Source of the DNA: Bacilli bacterium
GTDB taxonomy: Bacteria > Bacillota_I > Bacilli_A > RFN20 > CAG-826
Assembly (NCBI GenBank): GCA_035647455.1
Contig: DASRNI010000002.1
Span: 31 to 64,030 of the forward strand
Direction: 5' to 3'
DNA length: 64,000 nucleotides
Part shown: one piece after another, positions 21,341-33,755 of the stretch
Layout of the letters: the number at the start of each line of letters is the position of its first letter
How positions within the stretch are numbered: position 1 is the first letter of the stretch
Notes under the pieces: model-generated
The model's database searches: none
Seen by the model: only the letters and a program-made list of their open reading frames with translations
What the model was told of the DNA's origin: nothing
Position numbers and translations under genes: made by a program

Positions 21341-21961
21341 ATGATTAATTCATTTCTTGATTTCTCCAATGAGGAAGTTTATTTAGCATTAGCTAGCGGT
21401 AACGAAGAGGCATTTGATGTTCTCCACAATCGGTTTAGAAATTTTATCAAAGGCCAAATAGGAAAAATACTGTCAATCAACAAATTTGCCGCTGTTGATT
21501 ATGAAGATTTAGAGTTGGTTGCAAACATGGCGTTTGTGACTGCAGTTTCAACTTATGACGTTAAAAAGTCGCCATTTGCTTCTTACGTCACAGTTGTGAT
21601 TAAAAATGCGTTGGCAAATGTAGTTGCAAAACAGTTTAGTCCAACAGAAGCAATGTCAAACTATGCTGGCCGTCTTGATGAGCAAGTTTTCGCGGATAAT
21701 AGTAATTTATTACTAAGCGATGTACTCGGTTCTCAAGATTGCTACCTTGATGCAAGCAGATTCTCGAACGATAGTGTGTTGCATATTCGCGATTTAACGC
21801 GCATAACACTCACAGACATTGAAGAAAAAGTTCTGATTGCAAAGTTAAAAGGTTATAACCATAAAGAAATTGGTGAACAGCATAAACTGACGAAACGGCA
21901 ACTTGATCGAATCGTCAGAACAATTAAAGAAAAGTACCTTAAATCTAACGAAGACAAGTAA
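21341..21961 (+). CDS. Sigma-70 family sigma factor, SigH-like by position
   Basis: 206 aa. Region 2-like FxxYVTVVIKNAL and a C-terminal HTH (KGYNHKEIGEQHKLTKRQLDRIV). Occupies the sigH slot between rlmB-like and rpmG-secE-nusG. Confidence 0.65.
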   Translation: MINSFLDFSNEEVYLALASGNEEAFDVLHNRFRNFIKGQIGKILSINKFAAVDYEDLELVANMAFVTAVSTYDVKKSPFASYVTVVIKNALANVVAKQFSPTEAMSNYAGRLDEQVFADNSNLLLSDVLGSQDCYLDASRFSNDSVLHIRDLTRITLTDIEEKVLIAKLKGYNHKEIGEQHKLTKRQLDRIVRTIKEKYLKSNEDK

Positions 21962-21979
21962 AAAAACGTCTCAATATCA

Positions 21980-22008
21980 TTGCACTCTTCGTACGTGCGT
22001 GCTATTAT
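21980..22008 (+). promoter_or_regulatory. Putative promoter for rpmG-secE-nusG
   Basis: TTGCAC (21980-21985), 17 nt, TATTAT (22003-22008). Confidence 0.5.
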
Positions 22009-22042
22009 AGCTTTACTAATGTTACAAAAGGAGTATAATATA

Positions 22043-22192
22043 ATGCGGAAAAAGGTTACTTTGATTTGTGAGGTGTGCTTGTCACGCAATTACCAAACAA
22101 CGATTAAAGCTGTTGGTCAAACGGAACGATTCCAAAAAAATAAATATTGTCCGAAATGTAACAAGAAGACAGTTCATAAAGAAAGTCGATGA
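22043..22192 (+). CDS. rpmG: 50S ribosomal protein L33
   Basis: 49 aa, MRKKVTLICEVC...YCPKCNKKTVHKESR, with TGA stop. The ORF-track extension from 21980 lacks an RBS and covers the promoter. Confidence 0.92.
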   Translation: MRKKVTLICEVCLSRNYQTTIKAVGQTERFQKNKYCPKCNKKTVHKESR

Positions 22193-22200
22193 GGTGAAGT

Positions 22201-22401
22201 ATGGGTTTACGTAAATATAGTCAAGAAGTAGTTAAAGAAGCAAAGCGCGTTCGTTGGCCTAAACGCGACGTCTTATTTCCCACAATTTTCGTTGTGTTAA
22301 TTATTACATTTCTTGCCGCATTAATCTTATTTCTCGAAGATCTCGCAGCAGCGAAGTTACTCGGGGAAATTGAACGAGTATTTTCTGGGTTCAATTTATA
22401 A
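22201..22401 (+). CDS. secE: Preprotein translocase subunit SecE
   Basis: 66 aa, EAKRVRWPKRD followed by a single TM helix. Conserved position. Confidence 0.9.
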   Translation: MGLRKYSQEVVKEAKRVRWPKRDVLFPTIFVVLIITFLAALILFLEDLAAAKLLGEIERVFSGFNL

Positions 22402-22416
22402 AAAGGAAGTGATTAA

Positions 22417-22992
22417 ATGAGTAAAAGAAAAGAAGATATGTTTAACGAAAGAGAAGTAAAATGGTACGTTGTTACAACGCAATCAGGCTACGAAAACACC
22501 GCTAAAATTAATATTTTAAAACGAATCGAACCGACGAACTTAAAAGATACGGTTCGGCAAATTATTGTCGCGGAAATTGAAGAAGAAGTTTTGAACGCCA
22601 AAAATGAGTATGTGCCGAAAAAACGTAACTTATATCCGGGCAACATCTTCGTTGAAATGATTATGAATGACGAGATGTGGTTTATTATTCGTAACACTCC
22701 CGGCGTCACTGGTTTTATTGGCTCAAGCGGCCGTGGCGCAAAGCCTTTTCCCGTTGATTACGAAGATATCGAACCAATCTTAAAACGACTTGGGCACATT
22801 GACAAAAAAATGTACGACCGTTACAACGTCGGCGATTACGTCCGTGTTATCGATGGACCACTTGTTGGCACCGAAGGACGAATTATTACACTCGACCGTG
22901 ATAGCGGCAAAGTACAAATCGAAGCTACATTCTTTGGTCGCGTAACGACTGCGGATATCGACTTCGCACTTATCGAACGAGTTGATTTTTAG
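22417..22992 (+). CDS. nusG: Transcription termination/antitermination factor NusG
   Basis: WYVVTTQSGYEN NGN domain, NTPGVTGFIG, and a C-terminal KOW (GDYVRVIDGPLVGTEGRI). Confidence 0.95.
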   Translation: MSKRKEDMFNEREVKWYVVTTQSGYENTAKINILKRIEPTNLKDTVRQIIVAEIEEEVLNAKNEYVPKKRNLYPGNIFVEMIMNDEMWFIIRNTPGVTGFIGSSGRGAKPFPVDYEDIEPILKRLGHIDKKMYDRYNVGDYVRVIDGPLVGTEGRIITLDRDSGKVQIEATFFGRVTTADIDFALIERVDF

Positions 22993-23016
22993 ATAAAAAG
23001 TACTTATAATTAATTG

Positions 23017-23055
23017 AGCCTAGAAACGAATTTAAAACGTCTCTAGGCTTTTTTT
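23017..23055 (+). terminator. Rho-independent terminator after nusG
   Basis: 12-bp stem with 1 mismatch (AGCCTAGAAACG / CGTCTCTAGGCT), 9-nt loop, T6 run. Confidence 0.75.
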
Positions 23056-23139
23056 GAACGTAAAAGGTCGTTTAAATATAAGAAAAATGCTCATAAGTTG
23101 CTGTTTTTTCATTATTCTGCATTTAAATGAAATTTGCTA

Positions 23140-23274
23140 TTGCCTTTCGTTATACATTAATGTATAATTACTTGCGTAACGCTTACACGCGTATGTGTTG
23201 CAAACGTTCGTGGAAGGAAGAGACAACTTCCATACCACAGCACGGACGAAAAACTTTATAAGGAGGAATGTCAC
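23140..23274 (+). promoter_or_regulatory. Putative rplK-rplA promoter and leader
   Basis: TTGCCT (23140-23145), 17 nt, TATAAT (23163-23168). The leader of about 100 nt is in the position of the L1-regulated L11 operon leader. Confidence 0.4.
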
Positions 23275-23691
23275 GTGAGTAAAAAAATCGCAAAAGTCGT
23301 TAAACTCGAACTTATTGGCGGCGAAGCACGACCAGGACCGAAATTAGCGTCGGTTGGTGTTATTATGCCGAAATTTTGTACTGACTTTAACGCACGTACA
23401 GCTGACCGTCGTGGTGAAGTTGTTCCGGTCATTATCACGGCTTATGAAGATAAGTCACATGATTTTGAACTAAAAACGACACCAACTAGTATTTTACTAA
23501 AACGCGCAGCCGGCAACATTGAAAAAGGGTCTGATAACCCGAAAGCGACGAAAGTTGGGAAAGTTACCCGCGCTCAACTTAAAGAAATCGCTGAATACAA
23601 GTTGCCTGACCTTAACGCTAACGATCTCGAAAGTGCAATTCGCATTATCGAAGGTAGCGCCCGCAATATGGGGATTGAGGTCGAAGACTAG
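23275..23691 (+). CDS. rplK: 50S ribosomal protein L11
   Basis: GTG start after AAGGAGG. KLELIGGEARPGPKLASVGV...FCTDFNARTAD. Confidence 0.95.
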   Translation: MSKKIAKVVKLELIGGEARPGPKLASVGVIMPKFCTDFNARTADRRGEVVPVIITAYEDKSHDFELKTTPTSILLKRAAGNIEKGSDNPKATKVGKVTRAQLKEIAEYKLPDLNANDLESAIRIIEGSARNMGIEVED

Positions 23692-23733
23692 TGGTAGAGC
23701 ACCCACTCGTTAGAACCACAAAGGAGGGAAAAT

Positions 23734-24417
23734 ATGAAGAGAGGTAAAAAGTATAACGAAGTTGCAAAACTAATCGATCGTGAAAAACTTTATACGATTG
23801 AAGAAGCCGTAGCACTCGTTAAGCAAACATCAACAACAAAGTTTGATGCCACAATTGACGTCTCGTTCCGCCTAAACGTTGATCCGCGTCATGCTGACCA
23901 ACAAATTAGGGGCACACTCGTGTTACCGCATGGTAACGGGAAAGTTAAACGTGTTCTTGCAATCACAAGATCACCAGAAGTCGCGCTTGAAGCAGGTGCA
24001 GATTTCGCCGGTGGTAGTGAAATGCTTGAAAAAATCCAAACAGAAAACTGGTTTGATTACGACATTATCGTTGCAACACCAGACATGATGGGTGAACTAG
24101 GTAAATTGGGTAGATTACTTGGTCCAAAAGGCTTAATGCCGAACCCAAGAGTAGGTACAGTTACAACCGACTTAGACAAAGCAATCGGTGAAATTAAAGC
24201 TGGTAAAGTTGAATACCGTGTTGACCGTGAAGCAAATATGCACGTCACGATTGGTCGCGTTAGTTTTGAAGACGCGAAACTTGTTGACAACTTAAACGCT
24301 TTAACCGAACGTATTGTTCGTGTTCGTCCCGCTGTTGTGCGTGGTACTTACATTAAAAACGCTGTGATCCATACAACGATGGGTCCATCGATCCGCTTCA
24401 CATTTGCGGGTCGCTAA
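23734..24417 (+). CDS. rplA: 50S ribosomal protein L1
   Basis: [35 protein letters not shown]. Confidence 0.96.
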   Translation: MKRGKKYNEVAKLIDREKLYTIEEAVALVKQTSTTKFDATIDVSFRLNVDPRHADQQIRGTLVLPHGNGKVKRVLAITRSPEVALEAGADFAGGSEMLEKIQTENWFDYDIIVATPDMMGELGKLGRLLGPKGLMPNPRVGTVTTDLDKAIGEIKAGKVEYRVDREANMHVTIGRVSFEDAKLVDNLNALTERIVRVRPAVVRGTYIKNAVIHTTMGPSIRFTFAGR

Positions 24418-24562
24418 AATTAGAAAGCTAGCAATAACCTAAGAAAACAACGGCGCAAGCTTAATTATGTTGTCGAGGTAATGATAATAAATTTATCTAC
24501 GCAAAAGCGTCCTAAAGGATATTGTAGCCTCAATCAGAAAAAATATTGAAGGAGGACAACAA
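24418..24562 (+). promoter_or_regulatory. Putative L10 (rplJ) autoregulatory leader
   Basis: 145-nt untranslated spacer before rplJ, where Bacillota carry the L10 leader. Only short hairpins are visible by eye (ACGC-AAAA-GCGT). Confidence 0.4.
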
Positions 24563-25048
24563 ATGAACGAAAATAACATTGCTGTTAAAAAAGCAATTGT
24601 TGATGAAGTAGCATCACGTTTTGACCAAAGTGTTGGTGTTGTCTTATTTGAGTACCGTGGCTTAACGGTTGCGCAAATGACAGACTTACGCCGTAAACTA
24701 CGTGAAGTCGGTGCCGAACTAGCGATTTATAAAAATACGTTAGTAAGACGTGCAGCAGACAAACTTGGTCATGAAGCGTTAAAAGAACATTTAACCGGCC
24801 CAAACGCCTTACTCTTTAGTAGCGACTTAAATGCTGGTGCTAAAGTATTAACACGCTTTGGCCGCTACCACGAAGAAGTAGTAATCAAAGCCGGCATCTT
24901 CGAAAACAGAATCGTTGATGAAAAAGGTGTACGGACAATTGCCCGTCTACCAGACCATAACGGCATGATTAGCATGTTCTTGTCAGTGCTTAATGCACCA
25001 ATTCAAAAATTTGCCGCGACAGTTAAAGCGGTTGCCGAAAAAGAATAA
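24563..25048 (+). CDS. rplJ: 50S ribosomal protein L10
   Basis: [23 protein letters not shown]. Confidence 0.95.
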   Translation: MNENNIAVKKAIVDEVASRFDQSVGVVLFEYRGLTVAQMTDLRRKLREVGAELAIYKNTLVRRAADKLGHEALKEHLTGPNALLFSSDLNAGAKVLTRFGRYHEEVVIKAGIFENRIVDEKGVRTIARLPDHNGMISMFLSVLNAPIQKFAATVKAVAEKE

Positions 25049-25074
25049 AATATCCAGAGGAGGAAAAACACATT

Positions 25075-25449
25075 ATGGCAAAATTAACAATCGAACAAAT
25101 CATTGCTTCCCTTGAAGAAATGACAGTATTAGAATTAAATGACTTAGTCAAAGCTGTAGAAGAAAAATTTGGCGTTACAGCCGCCGTAGCCGCTGCAGGC
25201 CCTGCAGTCGAAGAAGAAGGTCCAGTCGCAAAAGGACCATCAGAAGTTGACTTAGTATTAACTTCATTTGGACAAAGTAAAGTTAAAGTTATTAAAGCTG
25301 TCCAAGCAATCACCGGCTTAGGCTTAATGGATGCGAAAAAACTCGTTGACGGTGCACCAGTCACTATCAAAGAAAAAATTTCCCCAGTTGAAGCTGAAGA
25401 ACACAAGAAAGCACTTGTTGAAGCCGGAGCAGAAGTTGAAATTAAATAG
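25075..25449 (+). CDS. rplL: 50S ribosomal protein L7/L12
   Basis: [19 protein letters not shown]...[24 protein letters not shown]. Confidence 0.97.
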   Translation: MAKLTIEQIIASLEEMTVLELNDLVKAVEEKFGVTAAVAAAGPAVEEEGPVAKGPSEVDLVLTSFGQSKVKVIKAVQAITGLGLMDAKKLVDGAPVTIKEKISPVEAEEHKKALVEAGAEVEIK

Positions 25450-25465
25450 TAACCAAGCTTACATA

Positions 25466-25500
25466 CGCGGAACCCACAATATTTTTTGTGGGTTTTCGCG
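25466..25500 (+). terminator. Hairpin after rplL, probably a partial terminator or attenuator
   Basis: ACCCACAA (25472-25479) pairs with TTGTGGGT (25486-25493), extendable by CGCGG/TCGCG. Only a short T run follows. Confidence 0.5.
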
Positions 25501-25520
25501 CATTTAGATGAGGTAAAAAC

Positions 25521-26120
25521 TTGACGCATTATTTTGAAAACGATTCGTCACTTAAAAGCGCAAAAAAAGATTTAACTTTAGTTAAAAATAGCGAAAAGTA
25601 CGTATTTACAACCGATATTGGTGTCTTTAGTAATAAAAGCTTCGATCACGGTTCAACGTTATTACTAAATGAAGTAATGAAACATTACAAGGAAGGCGAT
25701 ATTCTCGATTTAGGTTCCGGTTACGGCTATATCGGAATTGTCTTAGCCCGTACTTATACGCACGCGCACGTAACAATGGTAGATATTAATGAGCGCGCTG
25801 TTCTACTCACGAAAATTAATATCGCGCAAAATAACGTCAAAAACGCTACCGCCCTTGTTAGCGACGGCTACAAAGCGTTAGTAAATAAGAAATTTAGTTA
25901 TATAGTTATTAATCCGCCGATTAAAGCCGGGAAAAAAGTTTACTACCCGTTCTTCAAAGACGCGAAAAACTATTTAACGCAAGACGGAACGCTAATGTTC
26001 GTCATGAAAAAGAAGCACGGTGCAAAAAGTGCTGCTAAATACGTTCTTGAACAATTTGGCAATTGCACGCTGCTTAAAAAAGATGCGGGATATTATCTTT
26101 ATACCGCAATTAGCAACTAA
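25521..26120 (+). CDS. Class I SAM-dependent methyltransferase (RsmC/YbxB-like)
   Basis: TTG start. [19 protein letters not shown] motif and [10 protein letters not shown]. Lies between rplL and rpoB, like ybxB in Bacillus. Confidence 0.8.
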   Translation: MTHYFENDSSLKSAKKDLTLVKNSEKYVFTTDIGVFSNKSFDHGSTLLLNEVMKHYKEGDILDLGSGYGYIGIVLARTYTHAHVTMVDINERAVLLTKINIAQNNVKNATALVSDGYKALVNKKFSYIVINPPIKAGKKVYYPFFKDAKNYLTQDGTLMFVMKKKHGAKSAAKYVLEQFGNCTLLKKDAGYYLYTAISN

Positions 26121-26137
26121 AAAGAAGAGAGGCATTT

Positions 26138-29100
26138 ATGAAAAAAATTAAACTTCCAGAAAAACGTCTCCACAACGATCGCATAGACTATAGCAAAATT
26201 AGTGGCTCCCTAGATTTACCAAATCTCGTTGAAATCCAAATTGATTCATACAATTGGTTTAAAAACGAAGGTATTCACGAAGTCTTAAGTGAAGTTTTTC
26301 CAATTAAGTCATATAGTGGTGATATCACAATCGGCTTTGTTGGTTATTACTTTGACCCCCCGAAATACAATTATTTAGAATGTAAAACCCGTGGTCACAC
26401 GTATAGTGCACCACTTAAAGTTAATTTAAGCTTAACGCTTGAAGCAACGGGTGAAGTTAAAGAAAGTCCAATCTTCATGGGTGATATTCCGCTCATGACC
26501 GATACGGGAACTTTCGTCGTTAACGGCGCAGAACGCGTCATTGTTTCGCAAATCGTCCGTTCGCCAGGCGCGTACATGTCACGCAAGCTTGAACCAAAGT
26601 CTGGTCGTTATATTTATAACGCTGACCTTAACCCAACCCGCGGAACATGGCTTAAATTTGAAAACGATGCGAAAAACATCTTAAGTGTGCGGATTGACCA
26701 ACAACGCAAAATGCACGCAACGCTTCTCTTAAAAGCTTTAGGTTTTATTGATTATGAAGAAACACTCGACCTTTTTGACGTCAAAATGCTTGATGAAGAC
26801 GCAAACCTTAAAATCACGGAAGACGACTTAACCGCGCTTGAACTTACACTCCGCAAAGACGAAGATATTCAAGGCGAACTTCAAGCACTTTACGAAATTT
26901 TTCGTAAACTTAAACCGGGTGAACCGATGAGTGATGATGGTGTTAAAAACCATCTCTATCAAAAGTTCTTTGACCCTAAACGTTATGACTTAGGCAAAGC
27001 TGGTCGCTTTAAGTTTAATAAAAAACTCGGTATTTACGAACGTCTTGAAGGACTCACAATCGCGGAAAACTTAGTTAGTGCCGAAGGTGAAGTTGTTTAT
27101 CCCAAAGATACGTTGCTCACGAAAAAAGAAGTTGATAACTTAAAAGCAATGAAATTTTTCGAAAATGGTGCGCACGTCCGTGAACTCCACATTAACGTTG
27201 ATTTAGATTCATATAACAAAGTAAACGTTGTTCTTGTTTACACGAACGAAAAGAAAGATGCCGTAATTAATGTAATCGGTACTGATTTAAACATTATCGA
27301 AAAACGCGTCACAATTAGTGATATCGCTGCTGTATTTAGTTATTTTATGAACATCCAGTTCGGTATCGGTAACTTAGATGACATTGATCACTTAAGTAAC
27401 CGCCGTGTCCGTCCCGTTGGTGAATTAATTCAAAACCAATTCCGTGTTGGTCTTTCGAAGATGGTTAAAGCAATGCGCGACTCAACTTCAATTACGGACA
27501 CTGATACAATTACACCGCAAAAGTTAGTTAACACCCGTCACGTTAGTACAGCAATTCGCGATTTCTTTGCGATGAGCCAACTTTCCCAATTTATGGATCA
27601 AGTTAACCCGCTTGCAGAACTAACGAATAAACGCCGCATTAGTGCGCTCGGACCAGGTGGTTTAACGCGTGATCGCGCGAGTTTTGATGTTCGTGACGTT
27701 CACCATTCGCATTACGGTCGTATTTGTCCCGTTGAAACACCAGAAGGACAAAACATTGGTTTAATTAATAACTTAGCAAGTTACGCGAAAGTTAACGAAT
27801 ACGGGTTTATTGAAACACCGTACCGTAAAGTACTGAAACCTTTTGGAAAAGTTACTGAAGAAACTGTTTACTTAGACGCCGAAAGCGAACGCGAATTTGT
27901 AATCGCCGAAGCTAACGTTGAAGTTGATGCGGAAGGCTTAATTTTAACGCAAGACATTATCGCGCGTCTTGACGGTGAAAACATTTTAGTTACACCAGAC
28001 AAAGTTGATTACATCGATGTATCACCAAAACAAATCGTTTCAATCGCCGCTGCGTCAATTCCGTTCTTAGAAAATGACGACGCAATGCGGGCCTTAATGG
28101 GTGCGAACATGCAGCGCCAAGCTTTACCACTTATCGTTCCGGAAACACCACTTGTTGGTACAGGACTTGAAACAAAAATCGCTCAAGACTCGGGTGCCGC
28201 AATTATCGCGCGCGCCGATGGACTCGTGACTTATGTTGACTCAACAAAAATTGTTGTCAAAGAAAAAGAAGAAGAATACACGTACTTACTGCAAAAGTTT
28301 GCCCGTAGTAACCAAGGAACATGCTTTAACCAAATCCCGCTTGTCAAAGCTGGTGACAAAGTTAAAAAAGCGAGCTTACTCGCGGATGGTCCTTCAATGG
28401 AAAACGGTGAACTTGCACTTGGAAGAAACGTAACAATCGCTTTTATGACGTGGGAAGGTTATAACTTTGAAGACGCGGTCATTATGAGTGACCGTCTCGT
28501 TAAAGATGACGTTTACACCTCAATTCATATTGAAGAATATAAAATTGAAGCGCGTAAAATTAAGTCAGTTGAAGAACGAATTACCCGCGATTTACCGGAA
28601 AACATCAGCGAAGCAACGAAAGCATTCCTTGATGAAGACGGAATTATTATTCCTGGTTCCGAAGTTAAAGAAGGTGACTACTTAGTCGGTCGTGTCACGC
28701 CGAAAGGGCAACGCGAACTTAGCGCAGAAGACCGTCTTATCCACACAATCTTTAATGAACGTGTTAAAGACGTCAAAGATACTTCGCTCCGTGTCCCCCA
28801 TGGTGGTGGCGGTACCGTTATCGATGTTCGTGTTTTCCGTCGCGCTGATGGTGACGAACTTGGACCTAACGTTGAAGTAAGTGTTAGTGTCTTCGTCGCG
28901 CAAAAACGCAAAATTAGTGAAGGTGACAAAATGAGCGGACGCCACGGTAATAAAGGTGTCATTAGTCTTATTCTCCCAGAAGCTGATATGCCGTTTATGG
29001 AAGACGGTACACCGGTTGATATTATGCTCAACCCCCTTGGTGTTCCAAGCCGGATGAATATCGGACAAATTTTAGAGATGCACTTAGGAATGGCACTCAA

Positions 29101-29767
29101 AAAACTTAACTTAAAAATTGCAACACCGGTTTTTGACGGAATTTCTAACGAAGAAATTTTCGAATTAATGGAAGCTGCAGAAATGAATAAAGATGGTAAA
29201 CAAGTACTTTATGACGGCCGCACTGGTGACCGTTTTGACGAACGCATTAGTGTCGGTGTTATGTACTTAATTAAACTCGTCCACATGGTTGATGATAAAC
29301 TTCACGCCCGGGCAACTGGTCCTTATAGTTTAGTGACCCAGCAGCCACTCGGCGGAAAAGCACAAAACGGTGGACAACGGTTTGGTGAGATGGAAGTTTG
29401 GGCGCTTGAAGCTTACGGTGCCGCAAACATTCTCCAAGAAATTCTCACGATTAAGAGTGATGACCGTGTCGGTCGTAAACGTACTTATGAAGCAATTATT
29501 AAAGGTTATGACTTCCCTGAACCAGGAATTCCGGAAGCATTTAAAGTGTTAACCCGTGAACTCCAAGGTTTAGCAATCAACGTTGAACTTAAAAACGATG
29601 AAGGGGAAATTATTGATTTAGATGAACTTGCTGCGAAGCAAGATGCAGATATTCGTCGCTCCCGCAGAAATACTTACATTCGTCAAAAAGAAGCAGAAGA
29701 TCAAGTTGACGAAGATGAAGTCGGTATTACTTACGGTGGAAGTGAAGAAGAAAGTGAGGAAGAATAA
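26138..29767 (+). CDS. rpoB: DNA-directed RNA polymerase subunit beta
   Basis: 1209 aa. [33 protein letters not shown] and [14 protein letters not shown] motifs. Acidic C-terminal tail. Confidence 0.98.
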   Translation: MKKIKLPEKRLHNDRIDYSKISGSLDLPNLVEIQIDSYNWFKNEGIHEVLSEVFPIKSYSGDITIGFVGYYFDPPKYNYLECKTRGHTYSAPLKVNLSLTLEATGEVKESPIFMGDIPLMTDTGTFVVNGAERVIVSQIVRSPGAYMSRKLEPKSGRYIYNADLNPTRGTWLKFENDAKNILSVRIDQQRKMHATLLLKALGFIDYEETLDLFDVKMLDEDANLKITEDDLTALELTLRKDEDIQGELQALYEIFRKLKPGEPMSDDGVKNHLYQKFFDPKRYDLGKAGRFKFNKKLGIYERLEGLTIAENLVSAEGEVVYPKDTLLTKKEVDNLKAMKFFENGAHVRELHINVDLDSYNKVNVVLVYTNEKKDAVINVIGTDLNIIEKRVTISDIAAVFSYFMNIQFGIGNLDDIDHLSNRRVRPVGELIQNQFRVGLSKMVKAMRDSTSITDTDTITPQKLVNTRHVSTAIRDFFAMSQLSQFMDQVNPLAELTNKRRISALGPGGLTRDRASFDVRDVHHSHYGRICPVETPEGQNIGLINNLASYAKVNEYGFIETPYRKVLKPFGKVTEETVYLDAESEREFVIAEANVEVDAEGLILTQDIIARLDGENILVTPDKVDYIDVSPKQIVSIAAASIPFLENDDAMRALMGANMQRQALPLIVPETPLVGTGLETKIAQDSGAAIIARADGLVTYVDSTKIVVKEKEEEYTYLLQKFARSNQGTCFNQIPLVKAGDKVKKASLLADGPSMENGELALGRNVTIAFMTWEGYNFEDAVIMSDRLVKDDVYTSIHIEEYKIEARKIKSVEERITRDLPENISEATKAFLDEDGIIIPGSEVKEGDYLVGRVTPKGQRELSAEDRLIHTIFNERVKDVKDTSLRVPHGGGGTVIDVRVFRRADGDELGPNVEVSVSVFVAQKRKISEGDKMSGRHGNKGVISLILPEADMPFMEDGTPVDIMLNPLGVPSRMNIGQILEMHLGMALKKLNLKIATPVFDGISNEEIFELMEAAEMNKDGKQVLYDGRTGDRFDERISVGVMYLIKLVHMVDDKLHARATGPYSLVTQQPLGGKAQNGGQRFGEMEVWALEAYGAANILQEILTIKSDDRVGRKRTYEAIIKGYDFPEPGIPEAFKVLTRELQGLAINVELKNDEGEIIDLDELAAKQDADIRRSRRNTYIRQKEAEDQVDEDEVGITYGGSEEESEEE

Positions 29768-32700
29768 TGCCACGCAAAACAACATTTAATATTAATACTT
29801 TAGCAAGTGTTAAAATCGGTCTAGCCTCACCGGAACAAATAAGAGATTGGTCACATGGGGAAATTTTAAAACCTGAAACGATTAACTATCGCAGCCAAAA
29901 GCCCGAACGTACCGGACTTTTCTGTGAAGTTATTTTCGGACCAAGTAAAGACTATGAATGTCACTGTGGAAAGTATCGCAAAATCCGTTTTAAAGGAACG
30001 GTTTGTGAGAAGTGTGGCGTTGAAGTTATGTCAAAGTACGTTCGTCGTGAACGAATGGGTCATATTGAACTCGCAAGTCCATGTACGCACATTTGGTACT
30101 TAAAAGGCACACCTTCACGCTTAGCGTTCCTGCTTGATATTCCCGCGAAACAACTTGAGGAAATTATTTACTTTATTTCGCACGTTGTTCTTGATCCAGG
30201 CACAAGTAGTGTCCTTGAATACAAACAGTTTATTGATGATGCAAGTGGTCGACAAATTTTTGCGAAAGCACTTGAAGAAATTCGTGAAGGCATGGCCGAT
30301 AAAGATAGTTTCGAATATGCCCGTAGTACGGAATTACTTGAACGTCTTGAAAGTTCAACGTTCGACTTTAGTGCAACGAGCCGCTTTATTAGTAAATATA
30401 CCGGTGCCCGCTTTGGTGAAGGAGCGGAAGCAATTAAGCAACTTTTAAAAGAAGTTGATTTAGAAAAAGAATACGAATTAATTAAAACGGAACTCAAAAC
30501 GGTCAGTAAAAACCGTGAAGCCCGTTTACTTAAACGACTTGAAATCGTTGATGCCTTTATTAAATCAGGCAATAAACCCGAATGGATGGTGCTTGATGTA
30601 ATTCCGGTCATTCCACCTGACTTACGTCCAATGCTCCAACTTGATGGTGGTCGCTATGCGAATAGTGATATTAACGATTTATATCGCCGCGTTATTACGC
30701 GTAACAACCGTTACAAACAACTCGTGCAAATGAACGCACCAAAAGTTATTTTAATGAACGGTCGTCGTGTTTTACAACAAGCGGTTGATACATTAATTGA
30801 TAACGGTCGTCGTGGTAAACCAGTTACCGGTACAAATAAACGTCCACTTAAGAGCTTAAGTGCGGCGCTTAAAGGTAAACAAGGTCGCTTCCGTCATAAC
30901 TTACTTGGTAAGCGTGTTGACTATAGTGGCCGTAGTGTTATCGCGGTTGGACCAGAACTTAAAATGTACGAATGCGGTATTCCCCGTGAAATGGCAATTC
31001 AGCTTTTCCGTCCGTTTATCGCTGCCGAACTCATTAAACGTGAAGATTCGAACGTAACAAATCACACCCAAGCGGACCGTGTGATTGATAACCACGAAGA
31101 AATCGTTTTCGATATTATTGAAGAAATTATTGATGACCATCCCGTCTTACTTAACCGGGCACCAACGCTTCACCGCCTTGGTATTCAAGCTTTTAAAGCC
31201 GTTCTCGTTAGTGGGCGAGCAATTCGTTTACACCCACTCGTTTGTGCCGGCTTTAACGCTGACTTTGATGGTGACCAAATGGCCGTTCACGTCCCGCTTT
31301 CACTTGCGGCGAAAGAAGAAGCACTCAACTTAATGCTCGCAAGTAAAAACATTTTAGGACCGAAAGACGGTAAACCAATTGCCGCTCCGTCGCAAGACAT
31401 GGTAATTGGTAACTACTTCTTAACCCAAGAAGAAAGTAAAGAAGACTTCTTAAAGCGTGCCGCAGAATCGCGCCTTAATGGTGACGAAGCTGGTGCATTA
31501 AAGTTTGAAGAATTCGCCCAAAGTGAAGGTAAAGTTTTTGGCACTGTGAGTGAAATCATTCGCGCCTACGAAACAAATCAAATTCACTTGCATAACCGGA
31601 TTGCCCTTCGTGGTTCGGCGCTTAATAAAAAAGAATTCACTGGTGAAATGAACAAGAGTTACGTTGTAACTTCTGTTGGTAAAGTTATCTTTAACTCAAT
31701 TTTCCCTAGCGACTTCCCATATATTAACGCACCCGATCCAACGACGCTGCAACATAATCCAACCGCAAACTTCGTCCCGCTTGGTACGAACATTAAAGAG
31801 CATATTGCGAAGACGCCACTTCGTAAACCAATTGGTCAAGATTTCTTAGGCCAAATTATTAACGAAGTCTTTAAGCGTTATCGCACAACAAAAACAAGTG
31901 CTATTCTTGATAAAATCAAGGATCACGGCTTTAAGTATGCGACAATTTCCGGCTTAACCGTTTCCTTAGCCGACATTACACCAGTTGAAGGTAAAAACGA
32001 ACTTATCCGTGCTGGTGAAGAAAAAGTTAAGAAAACAAACGCGCTTGCTCAACGTGGTTTCACGAGTGAAGAAGAGCGTTACGCCGAAGTTATCGGTATT
32101 TGGCAAGGTGTTCGTAACGAAGTCGAAGATAAACTTAAAGAACAATTTATGGAAGACCGCCGCAACCCGCTTTATATTATGTACGATTCAGGTGCGCGCG
32201 GTAAGATTACAAACTTCGTCCAACTTAAAGGAATGCGTGGTCTCATGGCTTCCCCACGTGGTGGCGAAATTGAAATCCCAATTAAATCAAGTTTCCGTGA
32301 AGGAATTAGTGTTAGTGAATTCTTTATTGCGAGTCATGGTTCCCGTAAAGGGGGAGCAGACACGGCGATTAAAACAGCGGACTCGGGTTACTTAACGCGT
32401 AAGCTTGTTGACGTTGCCCAAGATGTTACGGTAACAATTAACGACTGTGGTAGCGATCACGGTTTTGTCGTTCGCGAAATTAAAACGCGTGAAGACAACA
32501 CAACAATCGTCCCACTTGGTGACCGTATTCGTGGCCGTTACACGGTTAATGATATTATTCACCCGGAAACTGGCGAAGTTATTGTTGAAGCAAATACACT
32601 AATTAACGAAGGACTTGCTGAGTATATCGACAAAGCCGGCGTTGAAGAAGTGGAAATTCGTTCACTCTTTGGTTGTGAAGCAAAGCGCGGCGTTTGTGCG

Positions 32701-33636
32701 CATTGTTACGGAATTAACTTAGCAACCGGAGAAAGTGTCCAAGTTGGTGAAGCAGTCGGAATTATGGCCGCCCAATCAATTGGTGAACCAGGAACACAGT
32801 TAACGATGCGGACATTCCATACAGGTGGTGTTGCAACTGCCGAAGACGTGACGCAAGGTTTACCGCGTGTTCAAGAACTCTTTGAAAGCCGTAATCCGAA
32901 AGGGCGCGCGAAAATTAGCGACATCAGCGGAACCGTTATGGAAATTGAAGAAGTTGAAAACCGTCGCTTTAATATTACCGTTAAAAACGAACTGGAAGAA
33001 CGCGTTACGCTCACCGAATACGGCCAAAAACTCCGTGTTAAAGAAGGTGACGTAATTACAAGTGGTCAACGCTTAACAGAAGGAACAATTTTTCCGCGTG
33101 AACTACTTGCTGTAAGTGACGTTACAACTGTGCAAAACTATTTACTGAACGAAGTTCAAAAAGTTTACCGCACAAGTGCATCTGTCCGGATTGACGATAA
33201 GCACTTAGAAGTTATCGTGAAACAAATGCTTAATCGTGTCTTAGTCATTGATGGCGGAGAAACGGACTTACTACCGGGACAACATGTCACAACGATTCAG
33301 TTTACTGACGCGAATAAATACGCATTAGTGAACGGACTTCGTCCGGCAGTAGCGAAACCACTCATACTCGGAATTACGAAAGCCGCGCTTGCAAGTGATT
33401 CATTCTTAAGTGCTGCTGGGTTCCAAGAAACGACACGTATTTTAACGGACGCTGTTGTTAAAGCACGCATCGATACACTTGAAGGACTCAAAGAAAACGT
33501 TATAACCGGTCGCATTATTCCTGCTGGCCGTGGTTTGTTAAGTGAAGAAGAACAAGCAGCATTACTCGAAGGTTTCTCCGTGCAAAAAGCACTTGAAGCA
33601 ATCGAAGCTGATTATGAAGACGATACGCTTCAGTAG
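29767..33636 (+). CDS. rpoC: DNA-directed RNA polymerase subunit beta'
   Basis: 1289 aa. Zn finger CHCGKY...CEKCGVEV, catalytic [32 protein letters not shown] coupling to rpoB. Confidence 0.98.
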   Translation: MPRKTTFNINTLASVKIGLASPEQIRDWSHGEILKPETINYRSQKPERTGLFCEVIFGPSKDYECHCGKYRKIRFKGTVCEKCGVEVMSKYVRRERMGHIELASPCTHIWYLKGTPSRLAFLLDIPAKQLEEIIYFISHVVLDPGTSSVLEYKQFIDDASGRQIFAKALEEIREGMADKDSFEYARSTELLERLESSTFDFSATSRFISKYTGARFGEGAEAIKQLLKEVDLEKEYELIKTELKTVSKNREARLLKRLEIVDAFIKSGNKPEWMVLDVIPVIPPDLRPMLQLDGGRYANSDINDLYRRVITRNNRYKQLVQMNAPKVILMNGRRVLQQAVDTLIDNGRRGKPVTGTNKRPLKSLSAALKGKQGRFRHNLLGKRVDYSGRSVIAVGPELKMYECGIPREMAIQLFRPFIAAELIKREDSNVTNHTQADRVIDNHEEIVFDIIEEIIDDHPVLLNRAPTLHRLGIQAFKAVLVSGRAIRLHPLVCAGFNADFDGDQMAVHVPLSLAAKEEALNLMLASKNILGPKDGKPIAAPSQDMVIGNYFLTQEESKEDFLKRAAESRLNGDEAGALKFEEFAQSEGKVFGTVSEIIRAYETNQIHLHNRIALRGSALNKKEFTGEMNKSYVVTSVGKVIFNSIFPSDFPYINAPDPTTLQHNPTANFVPLGTNIKEHIAKTPLRKPIGQDFLGQIINEVFKRYRTTKTSAILDKIKDHGFKYATISGLTVSLADITPVEGKNELIRAGEEKVKKTNALAQRGFTSEEERYAEVIGIWQGVRNEVEDKLKEQFMEDRRNPLYIMYDSGARGKITNFVQLKGMRGLMASPRGGEIEIPIKSSFREGISVSEFFIASHGSRKGGADTAIKTADSGYLTRKLVDVAQDVTVTINDCGSDHGFVVREIKTREDNTTIVPLGDRIRGRYTVNDIIHPETGEVIVEANTLINEGLAEYIDKAGVEEVEIRSLFGCEAKRGVCAHCYGINLATGESVQVGEAVGIMAAQSIGEPGTQLTMRTFHTGGVATAEDVTQGLPRVQELFESRNPKGRAKISDISGTVMEIEEVENRRFNITVKNELEERVTLTEYGQKLRVKEGDVITSGQRLTEGTIFPRELLAVSDVTTVQNYLLNEVQKVYRTSASVRIDDKHLEVIVKQMLNRVLVIDGGETDLLPGQHVTTIQFTDANKYALVNGLRPAVAKPLILGITKAALASDSFLSAAGFQETTRILTDAVVKARIDTLEGLKENVITGRIIPAGRGLLSEEEQAALLEGFSVQKALEAIEADYEDDTLQ

Positions 33637-33648
33637 TAACAAACATAA

Positions 33649-33705
33649 ATAACCGTTATTTGTAAACGGTTTCACCTTAAAAGGTGAAGAAAAAACACGA
33701 TTTTC
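33649..33705 (+). repeat. Left copy of a bipartite direct repeat flanking the M6 cassette
   Basis: ATAACCGTTATT (33649-33660) and AAAAAACACGATTTTC (33690-33705). Matches 36940-36951 and 36966-36980 in the same order and orientation. Confidence 0.7.
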
Positions 33706-33755
33706 ATGTATATTAGTGGTAGACATAAAAATCGAGATTAAGAAAGTAGGTTATT

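Noticed and set aside
25023-25529. 168-aa - strand ORF.
   Set aside because: It lies antisense to rplL. Its Ala/Ser/Thr-rich composition mirrors the Ala/Glu/Val-rich L7/L12 coding strand.
33651-33687. Two hairpins after rpoC (AACCGTT-ATTTGTA-AACGGTT and TCACCTT-AAA-AGGTGA) as an intrinsic terminator.
   Set aside because: Neither is followed by a proper T run (the second is followed by an A run), so termination here is doubtful. They are mentioned only in the context of possible read-through.
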